Source: Macrostomum lignano (lineage: Eukaryota). Taken from it: a DNA stretch of 64,000 bases. The first letter of the stretch is position 1, and each line of letters starts with the position of its first letter. The stretch spans positions 186,001 to 250,000 of the forward strand of contig NIVC01000974.1 in the NCBI GenBank assembly GCA_002269645.1. Reading direction: 5' to 3'. The notes under the pieces are model-generated. The model saw only the letters and a list, made by a program, of their open reading frames with translations. It was not told where the DNA came from and ran no database searches. Positions 57,409 to 64,000 of this stretch are shown piece by piece. Made by a program: the position numbers and the translations under genes.

Positions 57409-58338
57409 TCAGTAGGACATGACGCTCTGTACACTCTTGTAGTTGCTGGAGTTGACAGACCTGGTCACGTTCTGGTGCAGCACCGAAGTCTGAAGTGTGG
57501 TCTTCGGGCCAGAGTTGGGCACGAAGGTCTTGCCGGAACTGTTCACCACTTGCACAGGTCTGGTGAGCGACTTTTTCTGATACTTTTCGCTCGAGTAAGT
57601 CGGGAAGCTGTCGAAGGTTCCCGCCTTCATGCCGCCGTCCTTTTTGCCAGGATTTGACGGCTTGAACGGCCTGGCGATCGGTTCGGCTTTGGCCTCGGAT
57701 TTGGTCAGCGCCGAGCCGCCTTTGTACGGATTGGCGTCGAAGAAGTCAGCCGGGTGAGTGCTCAGCTTGAATGCTCCTTTGCCAGCCACCTTCTGCTTGT
57801 GCTGTTCATTCTCTCGCTTCTGAATGTCCTTGTACTTTTCATAGGTGTCGCTCTTGTAGTCCGGATACTTGTTCAAAGTCACGAAGGCGTAACCGTAGCC
57901 GGTGCCCTTCTTGGGCGGATTTGTCAGAATGTTTTTTCCCTCGGGTGCAGCCTTGCCTTTCGATGACGAGAAGGCATTGAAATATTGTACAGGTCCAGAA
58001 AATGTTCCATAGTGGCTTCCAGTACCGCTGCCTACTTTCGGGAAGCTAGTGGGGTTCCAGCTCCGGGAAAGGTTCCGGGAGCTTGCTTTCTGTCTCTCCT
58101 GACGCCGAGTCTTGATAGGATCAGAGTAGCCTTCGCCTTCAAAAACACGACCAAATTCAGACATGTATCCTTGCGACAAGCCAGACTTCTTTTTTGTTCC
58201 TCCAGGCAGCATTTGTCGACCTTTGTAAGCAGATGTATTAAACTGGAAGTTGCCTGGATTCTTGTAGGGATCGCCAACTGTATGGTAGGACATCTCCTTA
58301 AAGATGCCAATCCGATCCATATCTGATTTTGTTCCCAT
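57409..58338 (-). CDS. CFAP96: Cilia- and flagella-associated protein 96 (C4orf47/UPF0602); single exon, 309 aa
   Basis: KSDMDRIGIFKEMSY.TVGD.Y, QMLPGG, FEGEGY, GS.YGT, TNP.KKGTGYGY, FDANPY, FKPS.PGKK.GGMKAGTFD match the family along the full length. Confidence 0.93.
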   Translation of the reverse strand: MGTKSDMDRIGIFKEMSYHTVGDPYKNPGNFQFNTSAYKGRQMLPGGTKKKSGLSQGYMSEFGRVFEGEGYSDPIKTRRQERQKASSRNLSRSWNPTSFPKVGSGTGSHYGTFSGPVQYFNAFSSSKGKAAPEGKNILTNPPKKGTGYGYAFVTLNKYPDYKSDTYEKYKDIQKRENEQHKQKVAGKGAFKLSTHPADFFDANPYKGGSALTKSEAKAEPIARPFKPSNPGKKDGGMKAGTFDSFPTYSSEKYQKKSLTRPVQVVNSSGKTFVPNSGPKTTLQTSVLHQNVTRSVNSSNYKSVQSVMSY

Positions 58339-59543
58339 CTTTGATGTCTACTAAGTTAAATAGCTACAAAAATGACAGTATTTTACGAATCTGCCAATGA
58401 GAAGCAAACTAATATTTCTTCCAAATGGTGCGAAGAAGATAAGAGCAAATTAATGAGCAAAAGCTTACATTCAAAACAACTTATGTTTCAATGGTGTCCA
58501 TAGAAAAAATGCTTAGCAGCCGTACGCCTTTAATATTAAAAGCATACCAAGCATATTTACTGTATCTTATTTTGATTATAAGCCCGTTATTGTAGCTGTA
58601 GAAGTATTGAAAAATTTATTTTGTTATTTCTCATAAACTTTTTTAAACTGGCACGTTTTCAAACTGTTGACTAAACGGGATCACGTCAAAATTACAAAAA
58701 TAAATAACCAGCTTAATAAGTGCCAGCCGTCCTTCTCATGTTTGCCTATATCAATTGACTTCAGAATCTGGTTGTCAAATTTTATTTAATTTTAACTTAC
58801 AATGCAAGAGCAGCTTTATTATTAGAATTTTAAGTGAGAATATTAGTCTAGTCTATGATTATGAGTTTTAATTAAAAACACGAAATGTTCAGTATTCAGT
58901 ATAAACTTGTCTTAATTAAATTATTCAGGCCGACGTTCTTATTAGTATATTTATATCGCAGTAATAATCGCATGGCTGTTATGATGTTTTAATTATATTA
59001 TATAGCACCTAGCGGCTAATGTATTTTTAGAAGATAGGGGCATACTTTATTTAGGTTTAGAAAAGATCTAGCTAGATATTATAAATTTAAAAGGATCCAA
59101 GATTTTTTGTCACTATCACTATCATATCAGCCTAGCCCTTAATCAATAATAGTATAATATATCACCCCATCAATATCCCTCCTTCACAGCTAAACCAAAC
59201 AATTGTTTAGTTTCTAAATTTATTAGCATAAAGGAATTGATCAAAATTGACTACTATTGAATTTTTTGTAAATTAGGCCTAACTTGCTTGAAATAAATTA
59301 AATGAATATATAAAATATATACTGTTGCTTTATCTTAAAAGTTTTTTGGCTATGTATAGGAGAAACATTTTTTCTTAACCTAAGACTAAGTTATTAGGAA
59401 ATTAATTATCTATTTTAATAGTAAATTAATAATTTTGTTTTATAAATTATATTGAATTGAATTTATTATTCAATAATATTGTTAAAATATAAAATCCTCA
59501 ATTTCCTAGTTTTAAAAAAATATCTAAATCTTAAATATTTGCT

Positions 59544-59726
59544 TAATAGTGCAACCAGAAACTTTTGAAGAGGGGGGGCAGATTCTGGAAAGTAAAGTCC
59601 TAGGAGGGGGCAGAGGGGTGGCTCTGTTTTTGGCAAAAATTTGCTTGGTCCCCCCTTTGATTTTTTTGGGTCTCCGCCTAAGAGGGGGCGATTGCCCCTC
59701 TCCCACCTCCCTTGGTTGTGCCACTA
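59544..59726. mobile_element. Non-autonomous hAT-type MITE (183 bp)
   Basis: 8-bp TSD TATTTGCT (59536-59543, 59727-59734); 13-bp TIRs TAATAGTGCAACC / GGTTGTGCCACTA differing by 4 transitions. Confidence 0.7.
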
Positions 59727-60444
59727 TATTTGCTTTATAAGTTAAGCCTACTTTTTGAGTATTTCTTACTAATATATATAAACTAAACCTATTTTTATAA
59801 ATATAAAAGCTATGCTTTGGCTAGAGGCCATAATTTGGAAAGCAAAATGTCTGCCTGGATCCTAGTATACAACAAGGGTCTTACCATTTTCAGCATACAT
59901 TAGGGTATATCTTGGCATTGTGTCAAATGACAATTTTTTGTATTGGCGCATAAATCCAGCATATAAACAAGGTCTTATCATTTTTTCCAGCATTAAACCC
60001 TGTGTATACTAATATGCAATCAAAACTGTAGGTTATAGGCCTTAGGCTTTTTATAAATTGAATATTAACCTGACTATATTTTTATTTCTAATATCAAATA
60101 AGCAAGCAAGCTAAATTATATATATAATATATTAGAAATTATATTTTAAAAATTAATAAAAAATTAACCTGACCAAAAACCCCTTTAAGTCATTATATAA
60201 ACTCATTTATAATAAATGCAATCAAATTCCTAGTGTTTAAAGTTTCTATTTGTTATTTTTTAAATTTTTCGAAAAGAATATAATTCAATATACATCTAAC
60301 TTGTCTTAGACCAAAGACTAAAAAACAGTTTGCATATTGCCAAATTTTTTATATATTTTGGAATTTCAGCTTCAATCAATCAAGTGTGCTAAAATCAATC
60401 AATTGGTTATTATAAAGATCAAGCATTAATTGCACTGCATAAGC

Positions 60445-62145
60445 ATGCAATTAAATGAGAGCAATGCATCAGCTGATCCACCATCATTGAGCAGTCCAGA
60501 TAAATGCAGTGGTGTCACAGCACCTGTTCAGCTTGTAGCAGCTGCCTCATCTAAGCCAAATTTGTCTGGTTATAACCCACCAGCTAGACAGATTTCTGTG
60601 AAAATTCTTCCAAAATCAACTAGCCAGTCTGCTATAGACAATTCAGAGCAGAACTCTGGCCCTAGTAAGCTGACTCCGCCATCGCCAGGTGCCACTGCTC
60701 TGGAGAGTGGGAGGAAACCAACTAGCGAACAGCCGCCAAAGCCAGTTTTGAAAGTGACCTGCCAGCCAATGCCAACTCCAATTATCCAACCGAAAGTGCA
60801 GTCTGCTCCAGTTTTTAAAGTAACTTCTCAGCCAATCTCGGTGACAGCCCCTCAGCAGCAGCCAGCAAAACCTATTTTCAAAGTTGCCCGTCAGTCATTG
60901 TCAATTGTAAATCCCCAGCAGCAGCAGTCAACAACACCCATAATAAAATTAAACTGCCAGCCAATGACTGTATCGCAGGTGCGGCAGCCTCAGCCACAGC
61001 AGCAAGCAACGCAGTCAGGCAACCCCAGTAAGTTGCCAGACGCTCCACCATCATTTGGTAAGCCCAGCCAGAAGCGGCAGTCAAGAAAACAGCAAGTACT
61101 TGGCCAGCAGCAGTCCCAGCCTCAGGCAGGACAGCGCTCATCTAAAACAGACTCTGCCATTATGTGGAAGCGACTGTCTGCGTCAGAAATGTTGAAGAAG
61201 CAGCAACAGTTAAAGCAGCAGAACAGCAATGAGCTGTTCCCGCCTGGTCCGTGCTCGCACATCTGCTCGGCCGCAGCGCCAGCGCATTCAGTAAGCGATA
61301 GCGGTGCTACATCAAAGCCGTGCGGGCCGCAATGTTTTCCTAGCGGTGCTCTTCCTAGCACAGAGTGCAAGCACTGCTACCTGTTGTTTCACCGGCGCTG
61401 CATCAAGTCCAACGATGCCAAGCGCCAAGGCCTGTGCAATTCGTGCTTGCAGAAGCAGCCAAGCCCAGCTAACAGCAACAGTACGCGCAAGAGATCTCAC
61501 AATAGCAGTGAAAATGAAAAACACGGTGGCACCGAAAAAAAAGAGGACACCGAATCCTGCTCAAGTGCTTCCGCTAGTGCCGATTTTGAGCAGACGCCAG
61601 CAAGCAAAAAAGCCAAAAAGTCACTTAACACTCCCCCAGCTAGTAGCTCCACTAGGCCTCAGGTCTCAGGTGACCTTACTGAACCTGCTCAAACAGCTGC
61701 TAAAAAGCCACTTCAAATCTCCCTAGTCAGAGCCGTCTCCAAAGTGGACGGTAAGAAACCGGCCGACGCCGCTTCGCCGGAGCTAGCTGGCTACGGAAAC
61801 AAAGCCGACTATTTTAGTCAAGTAGGCCTGACTAGCGGCCCTAAACTATCAATTAGTAGTGACTCCGGCAAACAGAAGGAGCAGCAGCAGATTTATAAAA
61901 TCCAACTCAATTCAACTGGCTCGAAGAGAACTTCCACTAATAAAACTAGCATTCCAGAAGCTAATTTGGAGCAAGAATCCGATGCAGATAAGGAAGCTGA
62001 CAGTGCAACGCCGCTGACCCAAAAGAGGAAACCAGAAGTTCAAATGGCGCCCGCCGAGGCCCCTCGTCAAAAGCCGTCCACGCGCACCGTTAAAGTTCAA
62101 GCGCGCTGTCGATTCCGATTGAAAATGTCGGAAAAATTCGCTTAA
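60445..62145 (+). CDS. N-terminal part of a PHD/F-box/LRR gene (FBXL19/KDM2-like architecture): low-complexity region plus PHD-like finger
   Basis: Long open frame; ECKHCYLLFHRRCI...LCNSC gives the C-x2-C-x4-H-x2-C...C-x2-C half of a PHD finger. The junction to the F-box segment is unresolved. Confidence 0.7.
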   Translation: MQLNESNASADPPSLSSPDKCSGVTAPVQLVAAASSKPNLSGYNPPARQISVKILPKSTSQSAIDNSEQNSGPSKLTPPSPGATALESGRKPTSEQPPKPVLKVTCQPMPTPIIQPKVQSAPVFKVTSQPISVTAPQQQPAKPIFKVARQSLSIVNPQQQQSTTPIIKLNCQPMTVSQVRQPQPQQQATQSGNPSKLPDAPPSFGKPSQKRQSRKQQVLGQQQSQPQAGQRSSKTDSAIMWKRLSASEMLKKQQQLKQQNSNELFPPGPCSHICSAAAPAHSVSDSGATSKPCGPQCFPSGALPSTECKHCYLLFHRRCIKSNDAKRQGLCNSCLQKQPSPANSNSTRKRSHNSSENEKHGGTEKKEDTESCSSASASADFEQTPASKKAKKSLNTPPASSSTRPQVSGDLTEPAQTAAKKPLQISLVRAVSKVDGKKPADAASPELAGYGNKADYFSQVGLTSGPKLSISSDSGKQKEQQQIYKIQLNSTGSKRTSTNKTSIPEANLEQESDADKEADSATPLTQKRKPEVQMAPAEAPRQKPSTRTVKVQARCRFRLKMSEKFA

Positions 62146-62180
62146 TACTACTCACCGCTCGGTAACATCTCAACGCTTAG

Positions 62181-62936
62181 TTTCCGCATTCTAGAGCGAA
62201 TATTCGATCAGCTTGAACTGGCCGATCTACTTACCTGTCGCCTTGTCTGCTCTGAGTGGCGCCGTCTAGTTGACTGTCATCGCACCTTTTCCAGCCTGTG
62301 CCTGTCTAGCGACTGTTGCAGTACCATCAACTGGCGCCTGCTAGGCGATCAATTGGCTCGCTGCCAGACCCGCTCGTTGGATCTGCGCAAGCTGAGCGGC
62401 GCAGTCAGCGCCACAGCCGCCAGAGCCGTGCACGAGTCGCTCTGCTCGCGCAGTCTGACCAGCGTCCGGCTGGCAACTCTCGAGTCCGCCACCCTCGCCC
62501 GGCTGCTCAGCCTGGGCCGCCAGCTGGATCTCAGCTGGCTGGAGTTCACCATCAACTGCCTGGTTGACTCCGCCGAGCCGGCCGCTCCAGCCGGCTTCGA
62601 TCTAGTCCAGTGCTTGCAATCCTTGAGCCGGCTCCAGCGCCTGTCTGTTGGTGCCACAGCCGGCCTTCGACTCGACTGTCTGGTGGCCAGTGGCGCCGAA
62701 TTCCCGCTGACCCGACTGGCGCTCCGGAATCTGGCCGCCAATTCCCGGCCGCCGCCGGTGTTGCTGCCGGCGCTGGCCCGGATCACCGTCAGCGGGCAGT
62801 CCGCCTGTCTGGCCGCCTGGGTGGCTGCCGCGGCCGGTCGGGCCTGCCGTCAGCTCAAACTGTTGGGCCCGAGATCCACCGCCGATCTGGCCGACCTGGG
62901 GCTGGCCTGGCGCGAGACTCTGGCCAGTCTGACTGC
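62181..62936 (+). CDS. F-box and leucine-rich-repeat exon
   Basis: ILERIFDQLELADLLTCRLVCSEWRRLV is a clear F-box, followed by LTSVRL / LSWLEF / LQRLSV / LTRLAL repeats; donor GTAAGT at 62937 (phase 2). 5' boundary uncertain. Confidence 0.8.
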
Positions 62937-62984
62937 GTAAGTTCAGCTGCTCTTTGACTGGAGACACTGATGCATGGTCCTCAG

Positions 62985-63110
62985 AACAGGGGCGCATCCT
63001 CTTTGGCAAAGACCTGAAAAAATTAAAGGGGGAACCAAGCGCATTTTCGCCAAAATTCAAACCCACCCCCCTTTTGGGTCTTTATCTTCGAGAATCCACC
63101 CCCCTCTCAA
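62985..63110. mobile_element. Diverged, inverted partial copy of the 59544-59726 MITE
   Basis: Shared core aaaaaattaaagggggaaccaagc..tttcgccaaaa..ccacccc..agaatc.cccccctct. Confidence 0.55.
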
Positions 63111-63354
63111 CAAATATATATGTACATGCATTATCGTTACAGTACCCATCAAGTTTTGCGTATACTAGCTTTATTAAATTGGCTATGCATGGTTGAATTG
63201 GTTTTCAATTCAATTAATTCTCAATTAGACATTTGTTTGCACCAGGTACGATTTCAAATTCTGATACATCAGTTCGATCGGCTTTCGCCGAAATAACTTT
63301 CGCCGAAATGTCTTTTCGCCGATGTGACCTGCACCCGCGCGTAAAAGGTCCTCT

Positions 63355-63812
63355 GGACTGACACATACAGGGTCCTCAGAACTGACACATACAGGGTCCT
63401 CAGAACTGACACATACAGGGCCCTCAGAACTGACACATACAGGACCCTCAGAACTGACACATACAGGACCCTCAGAACTGACACATACAGGACCCTCAGA
63501 ACTGACACATACAGGACCCTCAGAACTGACACATACAGGACCCTCAGAACTGACACATACAGGACCCTCAGAACTGACACATACAGGGTCCTCAGAACTG
63601 ACACATACAGGACCCTCAGAACTAACACATACAGGGTCCTCAGAACTGACACATACAGGGCCCTCAGAACTGACACATACAGGGTCCTCAGAACTGACAC
63701 ATACAGGGTCCTCAGAACTGACACATACAGGGTCCTCAGAACTGACACATACAGGACCCTCAGAACTGACACATACAGGACCCTCAGAACTGACACATAC
63801 AGGACCCTCTGA
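63355..63812. repeat. 24-bp tandem array (ctcagaactgacacatacaggacc) in an intron
   Basis: Seen directly. Confidence 0.95.
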
Positions 63813-63872
63813 ACTCAGAACGACTTAGAAGCTTCTCAAATTGTTCAACCATTGCTCCGCCTCATCCGACAG

Positions 63873-64000
63873 TCTGGAGTCGCTCACCATTGGCGTCGAC
63901 CGGCTGCCGCTGCCGGCCCAGCTGGTGGACTGGCTGCCTGCCGGCCTGCCCAGCCTTATCCTGGCCGTAGCGGCGGCCGCTGGCTGCGACCAGCAGCAGC
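63873..64000 (+). CDS. Next LRR exon of the F-box gene, truncated by the window end
   Basis: Acceptor ccgacAG at 63871-63872, phase 2, matching the donor at 62937; LESLTIGVDRLPLPAQLVDWLPAGLPSLIL. Confidence 0.75.

Overview
Eukaryotic (animal) genomic DNA, not prokaryotic: GC-rich exons with GT-AG introns, AT-rich spacers and about 20 different tandem arrays covering roughly a quarter to a third of the window. The style suggests a flatworm such as Macrostomum (inference only). Genes I can model by hand: two LOTUS(OST-HTH) genes of the TDRD5/Tejas type (copy A exons 10439-10211 and 1682-1109, next exon not found in the window; copy B 23577-20922 with a Tudor domain), a divergent UROD, a PAM2-motif P/Q-rich gene, a DHHC-family gene, an Rdx (SelW/MIEN1)-family gene, an orphan 4-exon gene, Snail, CFAP96/C4orf47 and a PHD/F-box/LRR gene that runs off the right end. 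An intact Ty3/Gypsy (Mag-like) LTR retrotransposon (4095-9087, identical 192-bp LTRs, GTCAC target-site duplication) sits inside a 46-bp satellite, inside intron 1 of LOTUS gene A. The most unusual signal is that four open-frame genes within about 21 kb have each lost the signature catalytic or ligand residues of their family: UROD R41/R50/Y164/S219/H339, DHHC to HFHC, Rdx CxxC to DRYI, and the Tudor aromatic cage. All family assignments and residue comparisons are from recalled consensus sequences, not database searches. No rRNA, tRNA or CRISPR array was recognised.
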